From the NCBI GenBank assembly GCA_973851085.1, contig OZ316775.1:1488001-1552000 (forward strand): 64,000 nt of DNA, read 5' to 3'. The translations under genes and the position numbers were made by a program. This DNA comes from Ptychomitrium polyphyllum (taxonomy: Eukaryota). Under the pieces are notes generated by a model that was given only the letters and a program-made list of their open reading frames with translations, made no database searches and was not told the DNA's origin. Of this stretch, positions 21,216-35,770 are shown one piece after another. Numbering within the stretch: position 1 is the first letter of the stretch; every line of letters starts with the position of its first letter.

Positions 21216-24200
21216 CGTTCGTTCACCTGTATTGCTGTGCATCTGGTTTCATTCAAAATGACAAGATTCTGACGACGTAAACTTGTTCTGTATTGAGTGT
21301 GCAAACTCTTTGCGCGAACTCATACTGCAACTTAAAGTGTTGGTATCTGATTTAAGTGTTGAGCTCGTCGTGGTGAGAATCCAGAGGAATAAAAAATGAA
21401 GTTTTCATCGACTCTGCTGCAACATGTCAATGATAATCTGGTGAATCCATTGATGACTTCAAGGCCTATACCGTACATGACTGAATCATGGATATATGTT
21501 AGATGCAGCACCTTGGGATTATGGCGTTAAACATACCTTCAAGGACTCTGTACTTTAAGAAAGTTACCTTCTCTTATCTCCAAATATGCCATTGCGGGCA
21601 GATGCACCTTCACAAACACTTCATGAGTCAAAAGTGACTCGGAAAGCATCAAGCGTGTTAATGGGGAAGTATGTCTCCCTACGACTGACCACTTGAAGTG
21701 CACTAACCTTCCACAGATTCCTACAATAGTAACTCACAGCTCATAATGATTTGAAGCTCCCTCATTGCATGTACAATACTACAATTTTGGGAAAACATGT
21801 TCATGTAGTATCATTGTTAAAAGGCAATATCAACATTACTGTTAAAAATCATGTTAAAAATTGAAATCAGTGTTTTATATTGTTGGAGTTTTTGAAATCT
21901 ATAAAATTCATAGATACTGTAGTGAGTTAATTTTGAATCTTGAAATAGTATTCCATATGCTAAGTTGACTTTTTGGTGTAATTTTCACCAAATGGATTTT
22001 ATTTTGGTGTAAGAACTTGAAGAGAAGAATTCAAGTTAATATCATAAGAAATGCTATGCTCATTGATGTATAAGGTCAAATTATTGAATTTTCTTTTGGA
22101 ATTAAAAAAACATCAATACATGTGAAGTCACATAGATCAAGAAATGAACTGGATGTTTTGATGAATGAATATAGGAAACCAAAATAAAAGCACAAAGAAC
22201 CAAGTACATATTTATGATAAAAAAATGAACTATAGTATTATAACATTTAAAATTAACTAACTAACAAGTTTTTAAGTCTAAACAAATTAAGTGGTATGAT
22301 AAAGAATTTAATAGGATTAAAATGATTCCAATAAATTCCTTATTACAAAGCTATAGAATACAATAGATGCAAATTGATTCTTTATAACAATTTCAAATTA
22401 TTAAATTTTCTTTTTAGGATTTTTAAAGCCTTTAATACTTGCCTACAATGCCATAGCCATCTTAAAGGTGATTTTTCACCTTATAAAAAAAAAAGACCCA
22501 AGCAAAAGTTTAATTGTCTAAGTTTTTATATTTTTGTATACTATAGATTTTATAAATAACACCAATTTAAAAAAATTATCATATTTTTGCTATATTTATG
22601 GCATTAATATTATAATTCCATACTATTTCTTTGTTGATGTTTATTTAAATAGTAAGAAAAAAGATATTTGTTTCAATCTAATCCTAGTTAGACAAAGAGG
22701 AGAGTAAAAGAAAAAAACAAAGATGAAATAAAAGATCCATTATACAATGTTTAATGATCAATTACAAAATGATCAAAGCTTATAATTTCTTCAAGAAATT
22801 TATTGAATACAAACTTGTAGAAATGTCAAAAATTTCCAATTGATGAGGTTTGTAATTCAAATAATTTCTAAATTATTTCTACTCATGGCTTATGTTATAA
22901 TCTAATATAAAATAAATTTTATACAAAATTTAATCAAAAGGTCATTGCTTAGTGTTGTATGAATTTTTTTAAGGTTTCCAATAGTTCATTATATTTTATT
23001 CAAAATATCATAAAATATATAATAAAAAACTCAAATAATCTATGGATCAATCTAAATGTTTCACAAGGCTATTTAAATGAATTCATACTTTCCTTCAACA
23101 TACAAGTTCATTAATATATAAAAAATTAGATTATATTAAGCTAATTCTTGAACATTCAAGGAAATTGGTTTATTTTGACAAATGTATAGTTGAAGTATAG
23201 GAGTTATTTAATTTTGAAAAAAAAGAATATTTTAAAATAAAAATTTGAATTGTTTTTTATGAATACATTGTGATGGTAAATTTATAAATTATATATGTCA
23301 TAAACTTAGATTTACAAAAGTACAACTGTAAAATTTATTATTTCTCCAAGGTAAATTTTTAAAGATAAAAAATTTCTATAATGGTTCACAAAATAAATGC
23401 ATAAAAATGTTATGTTTTTAAATGAAGGCAATAAATGTAGATCTATGTGAATATTGAATTATACTTCATAGGAAATCAATGTTGAAAGTAATAAAATCAT
23501 GCAAAATGTGGAAATTTTTAATTAATTTTATATGAACATTAGTTTTTATAAATTTGTAAGAATTTTAATGGTAGAAATGCTAGAGTATTAAAATTAAAAG
23601 CTTTGGAAGAAATTTGGAAGGAAAACATATTACTTTAGATTCTTTATAATTTCATAGATTTCTTTCAAAAACTTTTAGTACATTGGTGATATGCACATGA
23701 AACAAAAGTTTATAATCCATTGCATTCTTTCTATGAGATATTTGTCACATTGATATATTGTTAGTCATACATTGCACAGTCAAACAAAAGGAAATCCGTT
23801 TGTTGTATATTCAAAGGTTCATTAGTAACTCATTTTTTTCTAATGAGAAGCAAGATTGAAAAACAAGAAGATGAAGAGTGACAATTAAACATTAGGACTC
23901 AAAAATTAGTAAAAAAAACCAATCAAAAAGCTTGAAATCCAAAACTGATCAAAATTATTTACCTGCACTTGAGTAATTAATTAAAACTGGTTTTGAATCC
24001 TTTGGACATCCCTTGCAAGGATTTACTTTAATTGTTTGATTATTCTATACTCAACCATTAATTTAAAACTCTTTAGACTTATATATCTTCAATAGGTCAT
24101 CTTCAAAATAAATTATGGCATTACAAAAAGTTCAAAAATTCCATTAGATTAATCAAAATACAATCTGGCCCAATGAGTTCCTGAAATAATTTTACTTTTA

Positions 24201-24537
24201 AATGCCTTCCATACAGTTTGTTTACAGCATACGTCTTTGAACGCATATTCAGGACCATTGCTATATCTACGTTGTTTGATGCTTCTCTTTAGAAACATTT
24301 AGACACAATCAAACATTAGAACAATCAAACATTAGAATAACATCATGTTTTTGCATTTAGTCACACTTGAAGAGCACAACATTTTGGAATAACGGTGGGA
24401 CTGCTTCCCATTAGATTGAGCTTTCAAAGCTGAATAAATATGTGTTTGCAATGTACATATTTCAAGCACAAATCTGAATCTTACATTCAAAGGAAGGAAA
24501 CTTTGTTCGTGAGGCACAAAGCTCCCACCAACTTGCA

Positions 24538-25992
24538 TTATTCAAAAGTTTGGTGCGTAGCAAAATAGCTTGAAACAGAACGAAAGAGATGTGTAGACAC
24601 TGCGGCATACATTCTAGATTTGTGGATTTCTTTCATGGAGAGAGGGAAAATCCTTAGCCATTGCTTAGCCTCATCGTTCCTTTCATCCTCCATGGCCAAG
24701 GCTTCGGATGCTTCTCTTTTCTTTGCTTCAAATGCTATCAACTCCTTCCTTATCTCATCAAAACTGGGCCTCATTGCAGGCTCAGAGTGCCAACACCTTC
24801 AGAATAAGCCCTGTATCTGAGGGTCAACATAATCCGGTAATGGAGGCCGTTCACCTCCAATGACACCACTGTAATCACTTGGACTCCGGTTTTGAAAAGG
24901 AACACAACCAGTTAGAATCTCACAAGATGTCATGGCGTAACTGTAAACGTCAACCTTCTGAGTTCATATTTCAGGATAAGCTGTAGTTCTGGTCATCAAA
25001 GCAAGTGATATTTCAGGGGCTCTCCAGAACCGGGTTCCTATTACTCCTTCCGAGCTTTCAAAGTCAGCTACATGACAGCATAGCATGTCATATTTCAAAA
25101 GCACATTGGCTGCTTTAAGGTCCGTATGCAAAATGCCGTTTGAATGCAATACTGTCATTCCCGAAGCGATCTGCCCCATTATATCTATTGCTATAGAAAG
25201 TGGAAAGGGAGGATTTGAGTGGGACTTGTCCTTCACAATCTGAAGGTCGATGGACTTGCGTAGGTCACCCCAATATCTGCCCATCAGAAAAAGCAAACCG
25301 CCCATCCGACAATAATGTGCCACACCCAATCAAGCAACAGTTCTTCAGTAGAGAAAGACATGCTTTCCATTCCTCAGTATCGCGTCCAGTTGGGAGGCCA
25401 AACAACGTTGAAGCTCCGCAAGAGAAGAGTCTCGCTTGAACACCTTGAGAACATTGTGTTGTTGCCTCCCTTCAAAGAGCGCTTCATAAATCTCAGCTTG
25501 ACCTCCTCCTCCGATCCTCCCCCCCACTTCCAGTCGTCCGCCAAAGTCTGTGAAGAAGGGAGAATTTCACAAAAGATCGAGAAACTGTGTATACCTCTGT
25601 GTCCTGAACTGTGATCCATCACGTGCAGACATCGGAGGCGGCATTGAACTGTCCGCCACGAGGCGTTGGAAGTGGAGTTCATTCTCAGTGCGGACGAGTT
25701 CCAGGTCTGAAGTTGACGGACCGCCCACTGAGATGGACGTAGAATGAGCCACTGCCGTCCAATCGGGCAGCGATCTCGCTGTGTTGAATTCTTCGTCACC
25801 ACAGTCGCTCTGCAGCTGCTCCAACCATGCTGTGCTACTAGCTCGAGCTTCATCTGCATCCGAGGGTGCCGTTACGTAACCAGAGCGCACGGCTGTCTCA
25901 CCATGAACTGCCATGAATGGTATCCGCATCAGTTCGCCCATCTTGTGAATATCACGTCCTGTCGTTGCTAGTGTTAGTACTAATGTTGACAT
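24538..25992 (-). pseudogene. Decayed intronless Ser/Thr (TKL/Raf-like) protein kinase of the bryophyte-expanded DFE type
   Basis: Kinase subdomains appear in order: IGGGGQAEIY, VLKVF, GDLR, HSNGILHTDLKAANVLL, VADFES, GTRFWRAPE, KVDVYSYAMT.CEILTG..PF, RCWHSEP.MRPSF. The frame is broken by in-frame TGA codons near 25567, 25345, 24964 and 24799, with a probable frame disturbance near 25330-25400. Confidence 0.85.
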
Positions 25993-26842
25993 CTCCCTTG
26001 ACAGCTATAGCCAACTCCACGTTTTTTGACCCACATGTGAAGTGGGTCAAAAAACGTCGACCTGTGAAGACACCCCATTATATTAGATGTATTAACAGAA
26101 TGATATAATGTATACTATCATTTAATTATATATAATATTACGTACCCAGTATAATTGTATACTATAGCATATAATATTATAATATTATACAATGTTATAA
26201 CGTTATAATTATATAATACTGGATAAAATTATATAATTTCATAGTCCGATTTAGTACCATTTAATTATATGTGTGCTATGTATACTATCATTTAAATTAA
26301 CTAAAGTTCAAAATATAGTTTCACGCTGAAGGCTGCCATGCTTCGGACTATAACCATGCTCTGAGCTCCTTCTACTAAACCACGTTGTTCACACATGGCA
26401 GGAGAGATGCTCAAACACTGAAGTTCATGACAAACGTTTAATTCTCCAGATTTAAGAATTCTGAGATGCATTCTTCTGTGAAGTACGGTAGTATTTTGTC
26501 TAACTTCGTTGAAGATGTGTCGTTTTAAGGCATCCATTTTTTTTCCCCCAGACCGTCCGACCTTGTTCACGGATCACCTCTTTCGTAAATCTCGCCTTGC
26601 TTCAAGAACTAGCGCGTGGAATTGATCATTTGTTGTTATCGCAGGGGCTAGAATATCAGCATCTGAATTCTCTAGTATGGTGGAGCATTCAATCAATCCA
26701 TCAATATTAGCCGATACATCAATCACTCACAAGCTGAAGGCGAGTGGATTTTAAGTTCTCGATCATTCTACAAGTATTCTGTTTATACAAGCCCAATAGT
26801 GTCACTTTTACAATACAAAGAATCTCTAAAAACAATGCAGAT

Positions 26843-28790
26843 CTAAGGTCGACCAGACACCATGGCAATCACAATCCACAGACAAACGAGCCCCAATATG
26901 ATAACTCTAAGCGTTTGCAAGTGAGGATATCGGACAGAGATGACCACATCGTGCACCGTCTCCTCCGGAACTAAGCCATGATATTCTGGCTGCTTGGCTT
27001 CTAAAGTGGCTAGAGAATCCATCAACAATTCTTTGGCAGTTGCATTCTCTTCCAATGCAACACAAATGGCACATGTGCAAGTGCCTCCCAATACTGCTGA
27101 CACAGAAGCACAGCCACCAAAAGACGTGGCCAGAATATTCATGTACTTGTCACCTTCAATACGCACTTTCTCTCGTGTTGCTGGTTTCAGTACCTGCAGT
27201 ATGCAATGACATAATGTTATAAAGAGACCCATGTTTTAGAGATTTCGAAAGACACAAAACCTTGAATGAAACAAAGGTAAAGGATTTTACTTGAATAATA
27301 GCGTTTGCAACTGCACGCACAAGCGGAGGGGCATTGACAACAAAGAAGGATGCAAGACGCATGGGATAATGCTCTTGAACCAGCAGTACGCAAGACTTCA
27401 TCATCTGCACCGGAAAGCCGAAAGTGCTTGTGCCTCGACAGTCCATCACGACAGTTAAGCGCGGATCGTCCATGGTCACCAGGTTCTGAAGCCCGTGTTC
27501 AACCTGCGAAACTGCAAAATTATCTCTACTCCTTATTCTCGTGCTTAACTACCGTACAGCATCATTGTCCAAGTTTATGAAATTCATAACGGTAATTTCA
27601 CAAGCTTTTTGAACTATGCTCTGGTTGTGTCATTAGAAAGAGTAAGAAAGAGAGCACTTACTGACAGCTCGAGCAAATTGTGGACGCTGAGCTGGTGTCA
27701 AGGTAGTGCAGGCAAGACCAAGACGAATGATAAGAATGGGGCGGCCATAAGCATCACGCAGATGCCAAAACACCAGAGGCGACCACTCCCGAAGCTCAGA
27801 CTGCTGCATGAAGTTGTAGGACTGGCGCCACTCTAAAGTCTTTCGCATGATTGTGACGAATTTCGCTGAGTCTCCTTTAGATGCCAACCAAAACCTCCTC
27901 ACCTCATTATCAGTCACCCTGTAACAGCAACTTCTGTCAGAACCTAATACCTCAAGAGTTCCAGAGAGCATTAACTGTTCTCTAGTGACGCTGAAAGGAT
28001 TTACAACAATTGTAAGAAAGGAAGCATGATAGAGGCAGAGTGTTGTCACCTCTTTGGCAGTATGATACCATGTTTACTCAACTCCTCTTTCAGAAGGGCA
28101 ACGGACAATGTTTGCTTCTCATCGACCACAATTTCTCCCTCGATTTCAAAAGTGCTGGTATTGATAACAGAAAGGGGAACAGGAGGATCCTTATCAATCA
28201 CACCAGCAGTGGCCTTCCTCTCCCGTGCCTCATTATAGGCACTCGCCACAACGGTTGTCAGTGACAAAAATATCATGGGCTTGGAGAAACTCTGCAGAAA
28301 TCGGAACAGTTGGAAGTGACCACCAATAAGCAAAACGTGAATCAGGTCAAATATTTCAAAAAACATGTTCTTCTTTTAGTGAAGCAAAGCAATATCAAAG
28401 CAGGAGAGATGATGGAAGAGTTGGTTAGATTGTTTCGAAACAAAAAGTGAAGCTCACCTCGCTTACGTCTGCAAGAGCTCTAAACGGAGCCCACCTCCGC
28501 AACCAGCCTAACCCCGGAGCTCCGGACACAGAGAGTCCTTGCAACGCCCACCACACCAGACGGCATCTCGCCTGCGACCCACGGCGCAGCACTTCCAGCG
28601 CGGCCAATTTCCCACAAAACACTAGCACAGAGCCTGCTGTTCTCTTCACTTCCCCCCGTCTCGATGCGCTGCACGCCACGGCTCTCCATTCCGCGTCCGG
28701 AAAACCCACCCGGATCCTTCCCTTCTTCCCGACGCCATCACCCTGTTCGCCCTGAGCGCTCACTTCCACATTCTCGTCCATGATACTCAT
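26843..28790 (-). CDS. CRAL-TRIO / Sec14-like lipid-binding protein with a C-terminal transmembrane segment; 5 exons
   Basis: Spliced motifs: RRFWLASKGD..KTLEWRQ, VFWHLRDAYGRPILIIRLG, AVISQVEHG, TVVMDCRG.STFGFP, VQEHYPMRLASFFVVNAP, VLKPATREKV. It ends in hydrophobic VIILGLVCLWIVIAMV. Confidence 0.88.
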
Positions 28791-29638
28791 CGTTTCACTG
28801 CTGAAGTCGCCTAAAACCCTAGTGATCCATCCCTGAATCGATCCTCCTATATCTTCAACCCTTCAATAACTCACTCCCCAAAAGAAAAGAAAGATTTGAC
28901 AAGCACAACAAGTACCTACCAACTCGCACTCAAGTTCAATACTCTCGCTTTCGTACGTCTATCCTTGCGCTCTATTGATGCTGTGCTGCTGTGCTTCACG
29001 TGACTACTCAGTTTACCCATCCTTCAAATTTGTAAAAAAGGCGTTCGCGACGAACCTAACTGCGGACAGAGGACCGTCACTGCACTTGGAACTCAATTCA
29101 GGAGTAGCTCCTCGCCCTAGTTTTCGGAGGTGGCCACTCACTGGTTCCACGATTCTCTTTTAGTGATTTTCTGTAGCTTGTCCTTTCGACAGGTCTGTTT
29201 TCCGTACCCCGTGAGGTTTTTCCAAGGCTGCCACTTTGTCACTTGTCGCTAAAAGATTGACATCGCAAATGCAGAGCGTACAGCACGGATTACACTGTGG
29301 ACCGGAAAGCCCTTTCTACTCCTGAGTTCGTTCTAGTCGGTCGATTGCAAATTGGTCTGGTTGTCACGGAGTTCATGGCTTTTCCTAATGTATTATATTT
29401 GTCTGTGTTTGTGTCCGTCCTTGCCTTTAGAACTTTTCAATTCATTGCAGTAGTCAGATAAAAAGTACCTAGTGATTTATGGACAATGGCTCATGTGAAT
29501 TAATTGCAAGAGCACTTACGTAGTGCCTCAAGCTGTAGCGTTGTACAAGTGAATACCTGAATACCAACTAAGAATAAAAAACGAAGCAGGAGGCAATGGC
29601 CTCACTGTATAAAACATATGGGCATGAGGAAAATGAGG

Positions 29639-32600
29639 CTACTCTTCTGAAGTCCTCCCAATGCGCGAGGCTCCAAGTTTCATGGGCGCTGCTCTGCCCC
29701 GACCCCGTCCACTACTGGATACACCATTAATCGATACGTGTTGGGCTTGCTGAACTGGACGTCTTATTCCGCCTATTGCACTGGATCTGGGTGCAGAAGA
29801 TGGGTTCAAGGCACGCACTGATGTGGAAGGAGGAGGTGCTGCAATAGCTGCCCATGGATCATCATCATCTCCCCAACCATCCGAGCTTTTTGTACCGCTT
29901 TCTTTAGCTTTCTCCAGACCTGCAACAAAGGAGATTACAATTAAATTACAACGAGGTGTTACAAGCTTTGTAACAAAGGTTCTGCTCCACATAATATTTG
30001 ATTATGAGATGAAAAAGAGTGAACTCACTAGGTCTTGTCACAGGTTTTGTGATAGTGGACGTTGGTGTCGCAACGGGCTTGGGATGTGTTGTGACCGGCT
30101 TCTGCTGAGCTGCACGTATTCTTGCCAGAGCTGGAGCTGGCTCTTGAGGAAAATCCATGTCTCCCCATCCGTCCTTCTCATCGTCGTCATTTGCAAAAGC
30201 CTGCTCCTGTGCATCTCCCCACCCATCTGTAGATGTTGGGGATGCCGTAGCTGGCTCGTCTGCGTGGAAGTGGGGCTGGGGACTCAAATGTGTTGCGATG
30301 GATGGGAGAGCAACACCTTGAGACACTGGTGCTGCAAATCGAAAGACTTCAATGAGAAAATTCTCAGCGCAGAGAGCTCATTGGTAAAATAAATTACCCA
30401 ACCAGCTACACTACTTTCGTTCCACCTTTTAAAAAGAGGTTTTATGAAGGTGGCGAACTTTCTCAAACATGTCTTTACACGAGTACCTTTACTTAATCAC
30501 TGAAATTCACCACCACGGGTTTCCTTCCAGATGACAGCAGCACAAACTCAAACTCAACCTCAAACTCAAGGAGATACAGATTATCACATCCCGAAAATAC
30601 ACAGTGAGTAACAGTGGATATTATATAGTTTACATAAACTTACCTGTCACGCTGGTGGACATAGGGGTAATTTCAGCCGGAGCAGCTGAAAGGTCCGTAC
30701 CCTTTTTGGAAGCTAAGGAGCCCACTGCCCACCTGTTACAAGTACAGAGCCATTAACTTGTACCAAAAGAACAATGCCACTGTTGAAATCTAACGGATCT
30801 AAATATAAATATGATGAAGCTGTCTTTACACAATGTCATGTAAAGATTTACTAGAAAATGGTGTAGAAAATTCAGGTTAGAAAGGGGTTACGTATTCTAA
30901 AAAGTTTAATAAATAACCAGGTGAGAAAACGACATACCCAAGTAGGCCTGAGCCTGTGGTATCTGCTGCAATACTTGCAGCTGGAGAAGCGCTTGGAGTG
31001 ATATCTCCATTATACAACTGCAGCATGCACTAAATATTAGTCAATTGCGTTAAATTTTCAGCAATAAGACGAGAGACTGAAAATAGTAGAGATTCTATGA
31101 ATTGTAACGTATCAGCAGTGCCAAACCTTGGAGTAATGGTCTTTTATAGATTGCACGAACTGTTCTGTTGCCTGAAAAGCCTTTGTCCGAACATCACTGC
31201 AAACATCATATCATAAGGAACCTAATCAGCTTAACTGAATGCAAATGTCTTTTACAGATAATTATGGAATCAAAATAGGGTAGGCCACTTTGAAGGACCA
31301 GAACCAAGTGGTGAGTAGACATGCAGAAGAAGAGTTTTACCTATCTGCATCAATAGTAAGAACCACGAGATGTGGTAAAATGCGAGTTGCGATTTCTGAT
31401 GCATCATAATACTCGGCAGTCGTCATAAGAGCCATTATTCCTGCAAGGAAGAGTAAATGCATGTTGAAAAGTTGCAGCGTAACGGCTCCGGTGTTATTTT
31501 GTAGACATGTAGGAATAAAAGACAGAAATATAAAAACCTCAAGTCCTCAACAGAAATCCAGACGCATGAGGAGCTAATGCTCAAGGGAGCTGGCTAGAGC
31601 AAACCGAATAGCAGTACTGAAACAATCATCGCCTAGCAACCTCCACTAACAGGATAATTCAATTCTGACAGACTTCAAAGCCTTGAAATTTCACATAAGG
31701 AACCGGCAATTACCAGCTACTCTAGCAGGAGCAAAACCATCACGTAGAGCCCGTACAGTAAACGCGTTGATTAATACCCTCTTCCTTGTCTGCAAACGGC
31801 AAAAAGTTCTCACTCAATATCTTTTTGTAAATAGGCCACTGCATATTCCTCCACTATTTGCACAAACGTGGCAGCGCAACTAGGTCAAGAAACAGAATTA
31901 CATGCAAAGGGCATCGTACCGCATCATTGAGATGGCCAGCGATATTGCCAAGTAAGATTGTGGTATTTGTGCGTATTGCAGGTTCTTCGTCTACCTGAAA
32001 GCAAAAGAAATGTGATTCAGTTCCAACCAGGGTTTACCTCCTAAATATGCGAAATAGTCCACAAATGTGAAGTGACCCAAACGTATGGTTGAATGCAACA
32101 CCAACCTGTAGCTTTGAAAGGTGCTTCAGAAGCGAGCCTGTGATCGTGCGCTGGCTTAGCTGCAGAAGGGAACAGATCACGACTAACAATTATCTGATGC
32201 ATAATAGTCTACTGTAGAGATAATGAATTCTCCCAATATGCTAATTATGACTACTTGACCACAAAAACGACTCTGACTCCCGAAATTTATGCTGACTATA
32301 AAATGATTCAGAATCTGCTAGGGTTTTAAATATAGAATGAATGTAACTTATAAGTGCACTGCTAAAGTACTAAACTAGGTCATAAACTTGAACCAAGTTC
32401 TTTAACTTATAAAGAAACATTTCTAACAGCTACGTTAGAATTTGGTATTTACTTGTCAGGCATAATCAACAATAAAACCAGTGCATCCTTCACAGTTACC
32501 CACACAAGCACGAAGGTCCACAAACTCACCTTTGGAGCAAGCAAAAGCATTGACTTCAAGGTAAGTTCTCGGAGAAAAGCGGATGTGTCAGCAAAGCCTG

Positions 32601-35600
32601 TCGCAATATGAGGGAATATCTGCATCCAGGAAAATACACGTTTATGAGAGGATTAATACACTCAAGCTCCAGGAGCAAAGTAACCTTAAATGAAGCCAGA
32701 AGGATTTGAAGGTTCAGAGTGTTTTGCAAACCTGCTCATCAACTACTTGAGTGGACAATCCGGATCCAAAACTGTCAATATGTTGGAGTAATCCAACACG
32801 AATAGCCCTGTCTGTTGATGCAAACAGCTTGACGACAGTTGGAAGGACCTGATAGTCAAAACAATACGTTGTAAACAACAAGAAAACAAAGACAAAACGA
32901 AAGTACTGCATAGGAATCCAAATTAGGCACGGTTTTCATATAATACGAACTAGCCACATCAACAACACCCACCTTCACGTTAAATTCATCTTGAGGAAGC
33001 CATGAGCCTATCTTTAACAACGGGTTCAAGGCAGGCGCAGCAGCAGATCCAAACTCCAGAGCAGATGCAAGTAAAGGTAGCAGCTGCAATGTGCATAAAT
33101 TGTACAGTGGTTTTATTAAACAAAACTCTTCCAAATTTTGAACTAGATAGTTGAACACATCTTAAGAATAAAAAACAAAATAAAATAAAATACAACGATA
33201 CAGACTGGGAAAATGATGCAAAGAAGTGAGTTAGGACCTTCTTTGTTACAATAGGTCGAGGAAGCTGCTCTGCAAGTGTCGGAAGTTTGCGGAAGAAGAC
33301 ATCTTTCTCTACACTGTCCTTCAAGTTTAGAACCTCCATAAACTGTATGGTCTCCACCAGCTTGTTGTGAAAGAACTCTGCTCATCATTAGAAGCAATGA
33401 ATCCTGCCGTTCGTAAGTCTGATCGCCAATAAACAACAATATCCTAAGAAGAAAATATTTGAGCATCTGCTCAATCTAATTATCACAGAGAATGAATTCT
33501 ACTGCTACCTAGATATATTTAATGCCTAAAGGAGTTCAAGGATCTTTCAACCTAAAGTACTATTCAGCTGAAATAACCAAATAAAGATCCAGAACATAGA
33601 ATCCTCCTAATAGTCCTGAAAACACAATAACCAGTTACGCACAATCTAAACTCACCGCTATTCTCTAACAATTTAGCTGAGTTTAATCTTCTTGCAGGAG
33701 CGGAAGCCAAAAGCTTCTGATAGTCTGGAAGCAAGGTCTGCAAAATAGAACACCAGCAATTTGCAAGATGCATATCTGTTGCATCAGTTCATAGCATCTA
33801 ATCACCAATACCCCTTCCATGACGAGGTTGCTGACCAGGAAAGCAAGCATTACATCGCCTAGAAGTCATAATCATCACCTTAGGAATTTGAGACGTGTTT
33901 CGCAGATCCTCTGTCTTTACAAGCTTGGCGATGGAAAAGAGTTCATATATAAGGCATCCTGTTGAAGGCAAGATCCAATAATGATTTAAATGCCTTAATT
34001 AGTTCCTTATCATGTGAACTCACCAGTGGACTACAGTTTGCATTTGAGTACAAAATACTCAGAAGACCAATATTTCAAATGATTACATATGCAATTAGTA
34101 TTCACCTAAGGTTGGAACAACCAGGTGTCCAGGAACTCTACACATGAAACGACAAAACTTACCCAAACCCCAGGAGTCTAGTGCCCAGGTTGGAGATTTC
34201 CGAATGACAGTCCAGTCACTTTTTGCCAACTCCAAGGATTTAAATTGGGTGCCCACAAGCCATTCATATTGCTGCAGATGCACACATAGAAGAGAGAGCG
34301 TAAACAATCGATTGATAATTCTGCTAAAAAATATTGACTCGACAAAGTCCACAGAAAGACACGGTTATAGCCAAGGAATAAATGCGATGTACTTACAAGC
34401 ATGGGGCTAGCAGCTGCTGAATTGGCACCGTCAAATTCAGACAACAAATCAAGCCCATGAAGCTTCCAATCTAATGTGGCAGTAACAACCACTGATGCCA
34501 AGCAGACATTTCCATGCACCTGCAGCAAATGATAGGATCATGTAAATTTCAGTCTGCAGGCCAAAGCACCCGAATCCGTGACTGGCACAATCAGTCTCAC
34601 AATATCAAGGTTAAGATCTAAGAGGAAATTCATTATTCGGTAATATAAACATAAAAATTCAAGGTAAAAACAATGAACAATGCTTATACCAATTTGCAAT
34701 CATTGTTGAGAAAGCTGACAGCTTTTGCAATTTGATTAAGCCCCCATGCATAATACTCATTCCTGCAATAGTGCGAACCCAGTCCAAAGCATGTACAGCA
34801 ATTCTTACGTCCAAAACTTGCAGAGAGCAAGAGACTCATCAAGGCTATAAAAGAAACATCTATGCTCAGAGACGCTAAATCATTAATAGAATATGCTTCG
34901 AACGACAAGTTCTCCACGAATGCAACACTAGATTTCGACTAGATTTAACCACGAGAACTTCATACCCAACGACAATAAAACACTCGTTCTACAATGCTGT
35001 CAGTTAGCATAATACATAGGTCCAATGTATACTCTCTGTTGAGGGACAACTTTCAACTCAAACGTCTGGCCTACAAGCAAGGTGTACCTTTGTGTGCCTT
35101 GCAGGTCCAGCTCTTGGATTTTCTCGGCCAGAGGCACGACAGGCTCGGTTACGAGATATACCGTCGGTTTCAATACACCCCCATCCATGGTTTCCGCTTC
35201 AGTGCTGTGCAAGAATGCAAGCACGTTGGGATGGCGCACCTGCCCAATCCAAAATCTACAACCATCAAAACCTCCAGGAAACAACCAGCTCCCCTCCCAC
35301 TAGAATATATACTCCCGATACCATTAGAAACTGGGCTCCCGACGACGAAATCTTACAATGCGGAGGCGCTTGGCTCCGTTTCGAGCAGCAGCCAGTCGAG
35401 CGTCCTGGACATTGCTACCAGTGTACGAAAAGATGGAAACAGGAGAGTTGTCATCCTGCACGCACAGATTCCTTTCAGAAAAAATTATCACAAACCATCC
35501 TGTCATAAGACCCTGGATACTACACGAGATACGTTTCCATTCAAAGTACTACCACCTGCGCTCCCTTCACCACTAGCAAGAGCATTCAAAAACCCAAAGA

Positions 35601-35770
35601 GCCCAATCTCCTGGTTTGAGCTTCGAAAACAAAGCGCTAAGGTCCACCTTAGAAGTGCCCCTGCAGTGAGTCCATCCACCCCACGCAGTGGAGTAAGGCT
35701 CCCCGACATTATACGGCAGATCCTTGATGCCGCCCCCGGATCCAACCACGCCTTTCAGAAACTTCAGCAT
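29639..35770 (-). CDS. SCYL1: SCYL1/SCY1-like N-terminal kinase-like protein (pseudokinase plus HEAT repeats); about 21 exons
   Basis: Exons give [140 protein letters not shown], and an acidic DGWGD-repeat tail ending PMKLGA. Confidence 0.93.

Noticed and set aside
24538..25992. Selenocysteine or programmed readthrough explanation for the TGA codons
   Set aside because: Land plants lack the Sec machinery, the positions do not correspond to catalytic Cys, and the frame is also disturbed near 25330-25400. Decay is the simpler explanation.
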